The notes beneath the pieces are model-generated. The model did not search any database, was not told the origin of the DNA, and saw only the letters and a list, made by a program, of their open reading frames with translations. Shown one piece after another: positions 11,587-23,621 of a stretch of 64,000 bases of DNA. How positions within the stretch are numbered: the first letter of the stretch is position 1; every line of letters begins with the position of its first letter. The DNA is taken from the NCBI GenBank assembly GCA_965644265.1, contig OZ286461.1, forward strand, positions 121,706,001-121,770,000, read 5' to 3'. The position numbers and the translations under genes are program-made. This DNA is from Glycera tridactyla (taxonomy: Eukaryota).

Positions 11587-11808
11587 TTATAGAAAGGTCA
11601 TTTACTGTTGAAAATACTACCATGGCCGCAGATCAGGGTGGTCTTTATAGAGAGGTGATTTTTAGAGCAGGTTCGACTGTATATATATATATATATATAT
11701 ATATTTGTGCACTCCCTGACCTTCTCTTTGTCCGTGCAGGACTGCATGGAATTAACCTGTGGGACGTCTGAAATAGTTGTTTTGAATATTGGCAAATTCT
11801 GGTTTCAG

Positions 11809-11972
11809 ATTTGGCTACATCGAATTTCCTGATGCAAAAACAGCCGAGAAAGCATTCACATCAATGAAGGGAAAAGAAATTCTTGGAAGACAGGTGCAAC
11901 TTGATTATGCATCTGAGCTACAAAAGGCTCCTTCTGGTGATTTTCGTCAAGGGAATTGGCTCTCTGGTAAAG
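11809..11972 (+). CDS. Nucleolin-like module 2: RRM C-terminal half exon (phase 2-1)
   Basis: tggtttcag|A TTT GGC TAC ATC GAA TTT...AAA G|gtatgt; FGYIEFPDAKTAEKAFTSMKGKEILGRQVQLDYA = RNP1, helix 2 and beta 4 of an RRM. Confidence 0.85.
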
Positions 11973-12196
11973 GTATGTCATTGCCATGATATTTCAGATT
12001 CTATGGGTGGGATCATTCCCAGGGATGTGTTTTTACTCACAAACAGAAGGCCAAGCAAAGAGCATTCTCTGCTGATTATTTAGGCTTTTAGATCATGAAA
12101 ATTGGACCAGTATTAATGGAGATAGAGCACAATGTTTGTATGGAGTTGCAGTAGCCTTCAATCACCAGTTGTTTGAGTTTTTTGGGGAGGTTAACA

Positions 12197-12778
12197 CATT
12201 CATTTGAGCCTGTGCCTTTTTTCAAGGGTATCGGGGACTATGATGCCCGAAATTAGCAGATGGGTTGCACTTCCTTCATATTCGTGATGAAATGCCTTCT
12301 TTACTCTAACTTAGTAGGGGCTATTTCCCCCACTTCTTGATAATCCACGATGCAACCCATTTATTTGAGCCTGTGCCTTTTTTCAAGGGTATCGGGGACT
12401 ATGATGCCCGAAATTAGCAGATGGGTTGCACTTCCTTCATATTCGTGATGAAATGCCTTCTTTACTCTAACTTAGTAGGGGCTATTTCCCCCACTTCTGA
12501 TAATCCACGATGCAACCCAAACTCAAACATAGCTTTGTAAATTGGCATTGGTTTGTAATGAAACTCACATTTATTTGAGCCTGTGCCTTTTTTCAAGGGT
12601 ATCGGGGACTATGATGCCCGAAATTAGCAGATGGGTTGCACTTCCTTCATATTCGTGATGAAATGCCTTCTTTACTCCAACTTAGTAGGGGCTATTTCCC
12701 CCACTTCTGATAATCCACGATGCAACCCAAACTCAAACATAGCTTTGTAAATTGGCATTGGTTTGTAATGAAACTCAC
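12197..12778. repeat. About 210-bp tandem triplication (first copy 161 bp) in an intron
   Basis: CATTTATTTGAGCCTGTGCC... at about 12197, 12358 and 12568, almost identical; internal inverted repeat GGGTTGCA/TGCAACCC. Confidence 0.9.
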
Positions 12779-12970
12779 TGATCGACTGTTCACATTCCCA
12801 GTTAGTCCATCAAAACCAAATCAGATGCGAAATGGTGAGTTGAGCAGTTGAAAACATTTCAGTCACATTTGGATTAGACAGCCTATAGTTATTGATTTCT
12901 GTCAATCTCCAGCAGTCAGGCATTGCCTCATCAGATGATTGTCACTGTAAGTGAATGATTTTTGTTGCAG

Positions 12971-13003
12971 CCCCTGGAGGAGAGGGTGGTTTCAGAGGCA
13001 AAG
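12971..13003 (+). CDS. Nucleolin-like module 2: 33-nt RGG-type microexon A
   Basis: ttttgttgcag|CCCCTGGAGGAGAGGGTGGTTTCAGAGGCAAAG|gtaagt; phase 1-1; APGGEGGFRGKG. Confidence 0.78.
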
Positions 13004-13220
13004 GTAAGTTCAGTACAGCTGCTCCATTTCGTCTCCACTCATGTCCAACTCAAAGATTTCACAAATGCCTCGAATTCTGGAAATCCTGGACGCAACCCTG
13101 CGTTTATAAACAGCATTGTAAATCGGCATTGGATTGAAATGAAACTCACGGACAGACTGTTCACATTTCTGGTGACTAGAAATGTGAACAAGATAGAGTT
13201 TACCGTTTTTTTCACCCATG

Positions 13221-13445
13221 CAAGGTTGAATCCAGAGGGGGGCATGGGGGCATTTCACACATTTTTCCAGTGTGGGCCCCTTTTTGAGACAATCATGGGC
13301 CATGATACCCACTAAATCAACAAAAGGTTTGCACTATGCCATGTTAAGTGAACCCATTTTGGGACATCATGTGTAGAAAGGCCCCCATTTCTCAAATTTA
13401 AGGGGCCCAATGCCCCCATTACAGAAAATCCTGGATGCAACCCTG
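13221..13445. mobile_element. hAT-like MITE with 6-bp TSD
   Basis: CAAGGTTGAATCCAG...CTGGATGCAACCCTG flanked by CCCATG on both sides; a related copy lies at about 14291-14486. Confidence 0.7.
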
Positions 13446-13809
13446 CCCATGTTGATTTCACACCAACGATAGGACTGGCAGCAGCCATATCTGTTGCCCC
13501 TCACACAAAACTTGTTCAATAATGTCGGCAGTTTTGCTGCATAGATACAATAAAATGACAGAAAATCGTCCTGAGAAGCACATAGACTGAAATCAGGTGT
13601 GATGATTGCTGGTAGATCTATACAATCCAAATCAGACGCAAAAGTGGTGACTTGGGCATCTGAAAACATTTCATTCACATTCGGCAGATTTGAAAGATGA
13701 TAGTTATTGATTTCTGGCAATGTGTAGCAGTCAGGCATTGCCCCATCAGATGTCTGTGAGAAATGCTTTGGTATCTAAATTTACAACATTGTCACTGTTT
13801 TTGTTGCAG

Positions 13810-13842
13810 GCCGTGGTGGAAAGGGTGGATTCAGAGGCAGAG
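13810..13842 (+). CDS. Nucleolin-like module 2: 33-nt RGG microexon B
   Basis: tttttgttgcag|GCCGTGGTGGAAAGGGTGGATTCAGAGGCAGAG|gtaggt; phase 1-1; GRGGKGGFRGRG. Confidence 0.8.
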
Positions 13843-14702
13843 GTAGGTTCATCACAGCTGCTTTATTCTCTTTTTCATAATAATCTCAGTATAACCAGGG
13901 ATGTGATTGTTCCACGGATCCATGGATTTCCGGGTTTTGGATCACAAATGCAACAATCCATAGGGCAGGAATAAGCATTTTATGCTGATTATTGTGAATT
14001 TTAGATCATGAAAATCAGACCAGAATGAGTGGAGATAGAGCACAGGGTTTATATGCAGTCATGGTAGCCATTAGTTTCCAGTTGTGGAAGTTTCTTGGTC
14101 CACGTAATCTCCGGTCAGCTTTATTCAGGGTTTTTGGTTGTGAGCCAATCACATCCCTGTATAACTGAGCAGCATATAGCACATGAAAAGTGACGCCAAG
14201 CTTTATAATTTTCGAGAAATAGTCACTTGATTTGGCCAGTTTCCCAAAACTTGCCTTGACCTAATTTAAAGATCATGGAATTTGCAGATTTGAGGGTTGA
14301 ATCCAGAGGAGGGCATGGCAGCATTTCACTGATTCTAGCCAATGTTGGCACCTTTTCAAGGCAAAAGGGGGTCACAATGCCCCCGAAATCAACAAGGAGG
14401 CTTCACTTTTGGGTATTGAGTGAACCTATTGTGGAAACTTTTGTGAAGAAATGCCCTCAATTTTGCAAATCCTGGATGCAACACTGGGACTTTGTTTGCC
14501 ATATTACAGCATGGGTGAACCCGATGCAGCATGATGAATCTAGTTCAGTTGCTCCATAGAAACATGTTGGAAAAAAATCTCAGAGCATCTTTGATTTTCT
14601 TTCAACTTTCAATAATACTCAATTTGTTCCTCATGTTTATCACATTCATCTACATGCCGTTAAACATCAATCAATCAATCATATTTATCTTGTTTGTTGT
14701 AG

Positions 14703-14743
14703 GAAGAGGTCGCGGAGGATTTTCCAAATTTGGAAGGAAGTAG
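14703..14743 (+). CDS. Nucleolin-like module 2: terminal coding exon
   Basis: ttgtttgttgtag|GA AGA GGT CGC GGA GGA TTT TCC AAA TTT GGA AGG AAG TAG; the acceptor TTGTTTGTTGTAG is identical to that of the gene 1 terminal exon. Confidence 0.75.
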
Positions 14744-16683
14744 TGTACTCACTGAAGGCTTTGGGTCTGTCGTGGTCGTACAGTGTTTTTATGTTGGTCT
14801 GGCACTCAGCATTGCTAATAACACTGCCGTTAGTATTTCAAGCAAAAGCTGTGATAATTTGAGTCGTGCAACTCCGCAGGCTACCAGCTATCTGGTTACA
14901 GTTCGCTTCACAACTGTATGATGTCAGTAACATGTCTGTGAACTACCCAGGTCACATGCACTTGTTCAGCGATCCCGATTAAGTCTGCGCTGTGTATAAA
15001 ATAGGAAGTATTGTATCAGGCTCGTGTTTCAACATTCTGGCCAGATACGCAGTTAAAAATGCCATCAATGGACTCACTAATTCCATAGTGAGGTTGCTGG
15101 ACTGTCAGCTACTTCCACTTGATAACCTTTTTTACCTGTAATATTGTGTTCAAGGTTTGTGATTGATGCTTGTAGGGGACAGAGCATCTAGCATCTATAA
15201 ATCTGGAGCGTGTATACATCCTTCAGGATGATGCCGTTGAATTCTAACTAACCAACCAATCCCCTAACAGAACATTCCTACTGATAGGCAGCAGTCTGCA
15301 TCCTTGTGGAGTAGAGAATTTCAAATATTGCCCTTTTTATATCGAGAGAATAGCTATATTTTCATAGATAATGGGCTTGAGTGTTCAGGTTCACCAACCA
15401 CATATGATATGTGGCCAAGTGATTTGCCCACCCAAAACTGACTGCACTAGGTTGTAAGATACTGTGGCATATTTGAGAATCTACCATATCACATCAGTAG
15501 TAAAACAGTCTTTCATGATATGTGGGTGGTTGAAAGCATTCAGAGGAAAATATTTCCACAATTGTCAACAGTGACATCATTGTTAGTTGATATGTTTTAG
15601 CCTCTGGACATTTCATTAGGTCTTATTAATCATTGTGTGGAATTTTGGTGGTATGATGTTACTTTGTTTAGGATTTGTTGTTTGAAAAAGCATTGTATTC
15701 TTTGCTGATGATGCATATTGAGTCTCATGATCGTTGAGTGTTGAGCTGTCAGAAACATAGTCACAGTGAATCGCCCAGAGATGCTTTGCAAGGTCTCTTG
15801 AGGGTGCCCAGAGGAAACGGTTCAGTCATGTGCATGTAGGGTTGCAGGAAGAAGGCAGAGTATGTGTAGTCCTAGCGGTTTGAGGTAGTTGTGTGAGAGA
15901 TAAGGATTGAATAAGAACAATACCAACATCATTGTTCATGGCGGACACAATTTAATGATCCAGAAAATGTCTGGCTCCGGTTAATGGAAGGTGACCTTGG
16001 GTCTTTGGATTTTATTGATATCACAGGATAACATGGTTTTCCAGGGCAAATGTAGCACGCCAGGCACAAGACAGAACCGGGGATATTCAGCTGATTATTT
16101 TTGTGTTGGACTCTTGAAATCAGTTCGAGATTGATGGAGATGGAGCACAAAATATGCAGGCAATTCATGTCTCATTCCTTTTGCCATGGAGCATTAAGTT
16201 GAAGATTTTTTTGGATTCTGGAAAGACCTGTTCCACAAAGTTCTACATTGGCTATCTTCAGAAAATTCAGGAAGGTATTATGGGACATTTTTCTTTGGGT
16301 ATTGTTCTGATCTTTCATTCATTTGTTTGTTTCAATACATGTGTAATGCATATGAGAATGTTGATATGTTATTGTCTGAGAAGTTGAGGGAATATGGCTG
16401 TCACCATGTCAAGGTCACAGTTCATGGGCTGTATCTGCACAAATGCGATTGTCATGATTGGAATAAAATGGTCAAATAATTGTCTGAAGTCCTTATTTTT
16501 GATCTTGGGCTATCCTCGTCATCTTCAATCCACACTTATACTAAGAGAGAGTTTTCTGTATTTCCAAAAGCACCAGATTTCAAACTTTAGACCTGATTTC
16601 AGAAAATGTTGTGGGGGTGGGGGGCGGGGGGGGGGGAGGCTGGGGTGATGAATGCCATAAATTTTATTTACAATGACCTGATA

Positions 16684-17023
16684 CAGTAAAACCTCTTTTG
16701 TGAGACCGCACTCTTTTGAGAGACTGCCCTTCATCGCTTCTTTCCTATTTGACAGTCAAATATACAGTCGAACCTGTCTATAAAGACCGCCTTCAGTTGC
16801 ATCGAAAAGCGGTCTTTATGGGCAGGTGGTCTTCATAGAGAGTTCATTTACTGTCAAAAATCCTATCATGGTCGCACCTCAGGGCAGTCTTTATAGGCAG
16901 GTGGTCTTTATAGAGAGGTGGTCTCAAGAGCAGGTTCGACTGTACCTCCAATCAGATACCACCTGTCTTGAGAGACCGCTTGTGCATGGCATTTTGGGCG
17001 GTCTGACAAAAGAGGTTTTACTG
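16684..17023. mobile_element. Nested Tc1/pogo MITEs (inner copy 16765-16942)
   Basis: Outer CAGTAAAACCTC...GAGGTTTTACTG and inner CAGTCGAACCTG...CAGGTTCGACTG, both flanked by TA. Confidence 0.85.
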
Positions 17024-18934
17024 TATTCAACACTGCTCCTACATGTAAAAAATAGTCACTGTTTGACATGCCTCGATGGAGCCCAATAAAGTTTTTTCAG
17101 TCTCAGTCTCATGATTGAGAGTGAACAACAAACAAATAGGCATTAAGCAGAATATAATATTTCAGCAATTGTAGTCATCAACAAATACATGAAGTGGTTC
17201 AGTGATTGGGACAACCAGCATAACTGATACAGTGGAATCTGCGACAAGAATGACAACTTTGTGAATTGGACAATTTTTCACCTATTGGGGACAGAGATGA
17301 CAATTGACATTCAGAGGCATTTCCTCAGCGGTTATCGGACCACCAATGTGGGTGAATGGCTTTGATTGCATTTGAATGCCAGTGAGTGTGATTGTTGGCA
17401 GTTCCACTATGGAGATTTCGAACTGTTTAAAATTGTCGCCGTCGAATGCCTAGTCAGTATTTTCTTTTATGATCAAGTGAGAGTGAGTGCTTGAATGCCA
17501 GTGAATCTTGGCGAATGCCAATGAATGTGCAGCAACCATGACTATGAGAATGCTAATGACTGCCACAGTATGCAATGAAACCATCCTGATGTCAGAAATT
17601 GCTGGTGAATGATGTAAAATGTCACACAATCATGTGCATCAACTATAGATTGAAAGACTTATGAATAGCTCAACAGGAAGGCCTGCAGGCGAATGTCAAT
17701 GAATGCTGTAGATTGTCATCTCAGTGTGAAAGCGGCTAAATGGGTTTTCTTCCAGTTGATCAAGACCAAACAGTATTCGGAGACCAATTTCAGCAAATTA
17801 AGGTGCTAAATGGAAAAAAGGAGTTTACGAAAAAGTGGTTTCATCGCAGTTTTCACTGTCTTAAGAGTACATGATAACTCAGTAGAGTTATACAGTTGAA
17901 CCTGCTCTAAAGACCACCACTATAGAGGCCACCCTGCGCTGTGACCATGGTAGTATTTTCAACAGTAAGTTGATGTCCACAGCTGATTAGAGAGTGGTGA
18001 CAAATAAAGCAGCCTCACCGGAGACTTGACAGTAATGCCATGTGCTAAGATCATTTTTTATGAACACCAGCAGATCATGGAGGTACATGTATGAATAATC
18101 CCAGCCATGCCCATGGCATGGGCGTCACAATATAGCATGTACGACATTAATCCACAACCAACCAACCAGTTCAATCATGTCTGGGCAATGGCAAACATAA
18201 ACACTCAAAGTAAGCTCTTAACAGGTGACTTTCCACAAAACTGAGTGGCGCTACTATTCATATTAGATCATTTACACTGAGAAGGGACATCTAGTGTATA
18301 ATGACAAGCAATGGTGATGCCATTCTTTAGTGAATAATTCAAATTTCTCCCCAGATTACCCTCAAAAGGGACCCACCCTTAACATAGTATATGAACTGCC
18401 CCATGTCCCTCTCTGAATACAAGCCAGCATTAATACAATGTAAGTACATGTGCATGTCTATTACATTACTGACTGGAGCATCATGTACAGTATATGACTG
18501 AACATAAAACCACAACAGGGATAAGTTGCAAAAAACGCTCTTATATGGCACTAATAGAAAAGATCATAACAACAAGCAACAAGAAAACAACAGCAAAACC
18601 TGCAGGAAGCCAGGTAAATTTGGTCAAATATCCAATCATAGACAGAGTCAAACAGCAACAGTTAAATGGCTCGCATATGCAGTTTTGCATACGCACAGTG
18701 ACCTCAGAAAAATTCTTTTCACTGCTACTGCAGATAATAACAACCAGGTAATGTCATGAAAATAATCAATTGTTTCCGCCAGAGCTACTGCCAAATACAA
18801 GGGATCCAGTAAGTGACATGACTGACAAATATGAGCAGGTTGATGAAAACGATTTCCATCAAATGCATGGGGACAAGAAGCTACATACACTATATCAGAT
18901 TAAAGTTGTATTTTGATTTGGGCATTTGATTGTA

Positions 18935-19903
18935 CAGTGAAACCTGCTCGAGCGTAAACCTGTGCTAGGCGAAATCCTGTCTTAAGCGCATACCCCAAGG
19001 TCCGCCCGAACGTTTTTTCACTATAATTGACCTGTATTAAGCGAAAACCTGTCTAACGCGAACAACGGAACGCCATTTTCGGTCCCGCGGGGCCCACCAA
19101 CCTGTATTAAGCGAGAAGCGAAGTTGACATTCCGCAGGAAATCAGCAATGATCTCGCCCACGAATCCGAGAAAGAACCGACACAGGTATCTGTCGCGATC
19201 CCTGATTGGCCAAATCGCCGAAATCGCGGCGGAATCGACCAATCAGCGACCTGCTTTCATGGGGCTCTCGTTGCGAGATGTAAACAATGTGCGCAGAAGG
19301 CGATTTCTGACCATCTGCGCAGGTTTCGGAACCACGAGGAAGCCGATCTTACGAATGAATTTATCACGTTTGCTCGTATTTTCTACGGAAAATTCGACTT
19401 GTATACAAATGTTTCCTTGGCCTAGGTGACATTCGTGTACGGACGTGTGGTTTTTCGAGGTCTTCGCGCCCTGGCTTCACATGGTGCGATGACTGCGTTC
19501 ACGGTTTTTCGCAGCTCCCCCCGGCTCTGACAATGTGAGCAAGTCTACATTCGCGCAAAAAGCGAAGTTCACGGTGTTCTCCCCCATCTCCCCCGCCTCC
19601 CCCCGTCTCCATAATGTGAGCAAGTCTAGATTCGCGCGAAAAGCGAAGTTGACATCAGCTCACCCGTGATACGAACCTCGGTTTTCGCAGCTCCCCCCGT
19701 CTCTCTGACAATGTGAGCAGTTCTACAGGTTTTTGTGGATTTTTTGTGATTTTTTGTGTATTTTTTTGTGATTTTCGTGGATTTTTTGTGTATTTTTTGT
19801 GATTTGGGTCAACCAGTAGTGAAATCCTGCGCTAAGCAAAATCCTGTCTTAAGTGAAAAAAAAATTTGGTCCCGTGACTTTTCACTTAAGACAGGTTTTA
19901 CTG
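18935..19903. mobile_element. About 970-bp CpG-rich pogo/Tigger-like non-autonomous element
   Basis: TA-CAGTGAAACCTG...CAGGTTTTACTG-TA; internal tandem repeats at about 19500-19720. Confidence 0.85.
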
Positions 19904-21639
19904 TATATTATATGATTGTACTGTACCATGTGAAAATAAAAGTATTTGAATTTGAATTTGAATTTGAATTTGATTGCTAAGCTTCACTTCAGCAATAATC
20001 AGAAGGGGATCAGTAGAGTGTGTCCCGTCAATCAGCTGCTAATTATCAATGAAAATACAGCATCGGCCATCCCTCATGTAGAGGGCACGTATTGGCCACA
20101 GTCCCATCTTTTGCCATCATTATTAGCATGTGTACATATATTAATTTAATAATCACTTGAATAAAGTAAACACCACTTATCTAAGATATTGATACGGAGA
20201 ATCAGCTTAATTAAAAGTGTAGATATACAGGAACAGATACAAGAAATGTTGGTTATTGATAGTGATGATTATGGTATACGTGGTTACATAGCAGGTCTGC
20301 TTCTCAACACACGTCCTTCTAACTGATACTGATGAACCTGCACTGAGCATGCACAGTACTGAGCAAGAGCTATCCTTGACCAACCATGCTGGATTTGTCC
20401 AGCTAGATCATTTTCAATTTAGTTTGCTGGTTTGGAGCAGCTACTTTTGCCGCTTCTTTGGCTGTCTGCCTAGGACAGATTTAAGCGTAGTTGGCTAAAT
20501 ACCTGACTCAATGATGGCAACTTGCTGAAACGAGTCACTTAGCTGAAACATTTGTAAGTCAGAGGCAGTATGAAGCAATATCATCATGATGGGAAGGTCC
20601 ATCAAACATCTCGAAAATACAAAACAATTCAGGCATTCAATGGGAAGATAAGTCTTGGATAAAATTGGGATATGGCTCTGTGCTGCAGGCACAAAGCACA
20701 AATTATTGTAAAACTGGTTTGGATTCGACAGTTCATAACTCAGATGGGTATTTTTCAATCCTAATGCATTTCCTTTCTCAAGAACAGTGCTTTTCTTAGA
20801 ATGAAAGCTTTGCTATCCGGCTTGAATATTAGTTTTCATCCAGTTACACAATTAGATAGTCCATCAATAGCTTCATCCAGATTACTGTCAGGTGCATAGA
20901 GGTGTGTATGAACTGTCTGCTACCCCCACTTGACCTGTCTGGTTCCCCATCATCTCGTGCCCATGATCATGAAAACAAGATGATGGGGAACCAGAAAAGA
21001 CATCAAGCGAAAGTAGATGACTGTTCAGACACACATCTACACATGAAGAACTGATGAACTTTGATGTCCTAACAGACTATGTAATTGGCTGGAGGCCTAC
21101 ACCGATATGTTTTTCAAAACAAATTATAGTGCCTGAAACAAGAAGAATGGATCAGATTCCAGAGTCGATTGTGAATAGCAAACTTGCTTTACAGTGGTGT
21201 GTGCCCCATGCTTACAGTACAAAGCCATCACATTTCCTGGTAAGCCCAGTCGCGGCTCTAGTAACTGTGAAATAGTGTGCCTGATATCAGAGACTGCGCC
21301 AGCAGTGCTAGAGAAGTACAGAGGTACAGAAACTGCTAGCTAGACTCGACCCCAGCAAAGCAGGACTGGTTGATAGACCCTGCAGAATGCTCAAGGAGCT
21401 GAATGAAGAACTCGTCTGACTCTATAAACTATTTACCCAGTTGTTGAACCAGGCTATTGGAGAGAAGCAGGAGTAACCCCAACCTTCAAAACATAGCATT
21501 CACTGAAGGCACCCCTCACCTCACCTCAACTCAAATGCCCCTAATATAGGCAGCACACAAAGATGGTTCAACTAATGCAGTGGAACTCAATTTTGATATA
21601 AGGGTTGGATCCATCAATTGATGCTTGTTGGAAGTCTGC

Positions 21640-23240
21640 ATAACTGGCTGCCATTCATTAGCAAGGCCTCAGGACAGTCAACTCCTCTAGAAAAATCAAT
21701 TCACGTCCCCAAAATTAATAGGCCTACTTGAAATAAAAACCATGCATGGCCTGCATTCATTACGGTGTGCTGCAAAATACATCTATGTCAAATTGTGTAT
21801 GGCGAGATACATCTGCCATTTTTAAGAAATTCATTTTTGTCCCTAAAATTCATCAGGATTGTCAGAATAATCCAGCCATGGCCGTCATCCATCAGGAAAT
21901 ACTATAAAAAAGCCCACGTCAAATTATGGTGTTGTATGGCTATGACAGCCACCACCTTTAGAAAAATCCATTTTTGGAAACTGATTTTGCCTCAATTCAT
22001 TCATGCATGTTGGCAGACACTCATTGGGGAATCCTATGGATTGTAAGTTGACAGCCACCATCTTTAGGAAGATACTTTTCTGAAAACTGATTTTTTTCAC
22101 TGAAACCAATCAGGCTTGTCAGAAGATCCCATCCATGGCAGGCATACTTTCGGGGATGCTGTGAAAGGATTCTGTGTGAATATTGGTGTGACTCAGAACA
22201 GCCATCATCCTCAGAAAAATCCATATCTGCAGAACCTGAAAAATCAGAACGCTCAGCAACTCAACATGACTTAAGGTGGAATCGGATGCCGATGCTGGGG
22301 CAACCACAACGAAGTTAAAGTGAGATGAAAAAGCATCACACATGAACCCAAGAGCTAACGCCAGGTGTCATCAACTTATGTTTGTTGCAAAATAATGTGA
22401 CCAAATGCATTAGACAACACCTTGACGTTTCAAGCTCCAATCAATATGGGTTCCGCTCTTATGACTCCATGCAAATGGTGCTCTACCTCCACCAATTATC
22501 CTCTGATTTTCATCATCTAAACTTAAATAATCAGCATAAAATGCTCCCTCTTATCATATCCATGGAATGATGCATTTGTGATCAAAAACACAGAAATCCA
22601 TGGATCCGCAGAACAATCACATTCCTATGTACAGGGAACAATGCGTGATCGTGGATGGCTAATCTTCATCAAAAGTTACTGTTGACCTCACCGTAAAACA
22701 AGGAATGTTTTTAGGCCTGTTTCAATTCCTCATCTCCATTAATGACCTGCCTCTGAGAGTGTCAACCCAGGTATGCCCATTCGCAGACGATTTCCTACTG
22801 AAGCAGACCATCAGGACAATGAAAGATCCATATGTCCTGCAGAAAGTCTTGGATGATGTAGAGAAGTGGGCACAAGACTCGGGCATGAGATTTGATGTTA
22901 CCAAATGTGACATACTTCACCTCACAAGATCAGAATGCCCACTTACCAAGATGTACACACTATGTGTACACCCTCTACAAGAGGTAAATGATACAAAATT
23001 GTAAAGAATGGTCAACAGCGAAGTTGTGGTGCCTACGACTGAAATCCTAATTTCAGCGGACACACAAACAGACATCACAATTCAGTACAAGCATCTAATG
23101 ATTCCAGCAGCCTTCAAGAAATTCTACAGACCAGGCACCTGCAGCCCTGGGAAGCCGTGGCGGAGCCATCAGCACAATACTCCTTAAGACCGTTCTGCTG
23201 ATTATCACACAAGGCACAACAAGCGTTTCATCCAGAGTAC
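21640..23240 (+). mobile_element. Decayed non-LTR retrotransposon (CR1/L2-type RT); boundaries approximate
   Basis: Broken RT motifs SSNQYGFR, QGMFLGLFQFLISINDLP, FADD, DDVEKWAQDSGMRFDVTKC; frameshifts and stops. Confidence 0.8.
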
Positions 23241-23621
23241 AATGCTATATAGTTGGATATGATAGATAACATATGCTCGGATATAATGTACCCAGTATTA
23301 TCAATATAGATCCCACCATCAACCTCCCAAAGAATAAACACACAACAGCTGATGCACAGTAGCCAGTAGCTGACAAAAGAACACAGATGCATTTTTAAAA
23401 CTTTACGTAGGTTTTCGTACCAAATTGCACTTATCTGGATTTGACTTAATATACCATCAACCAGGAAACATCCTGCAAGATCATCTTCTGTTTCCCAAAT
23501 TTCTTCATAATGCATGAAAATTGGAACTTTATTAATATCTTATTCTGCTTGAAAAGCTACTGGCAGGTACATCTCACTGAGACATGAATCTTGGAAGGGA
23601 TCATTTCATTGATACACATTA

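Noticed and set aside
11749-11808. Alternative acceptor and LFVR (RNP2-like) motif upstream of the RRM exon
   Set aside because: In-frame stops precede the RRM sequence in the relevant phases; probably chance.
12284-12345. C/D snoRNA in the triplicated unit (GTGATGA...CTGA)
   Set aside because: No terminal stem, the D box is altered in the first copy, and the 10-nt 18S match (TGCCTTCTTT) does not place a known methylation site at D+5.
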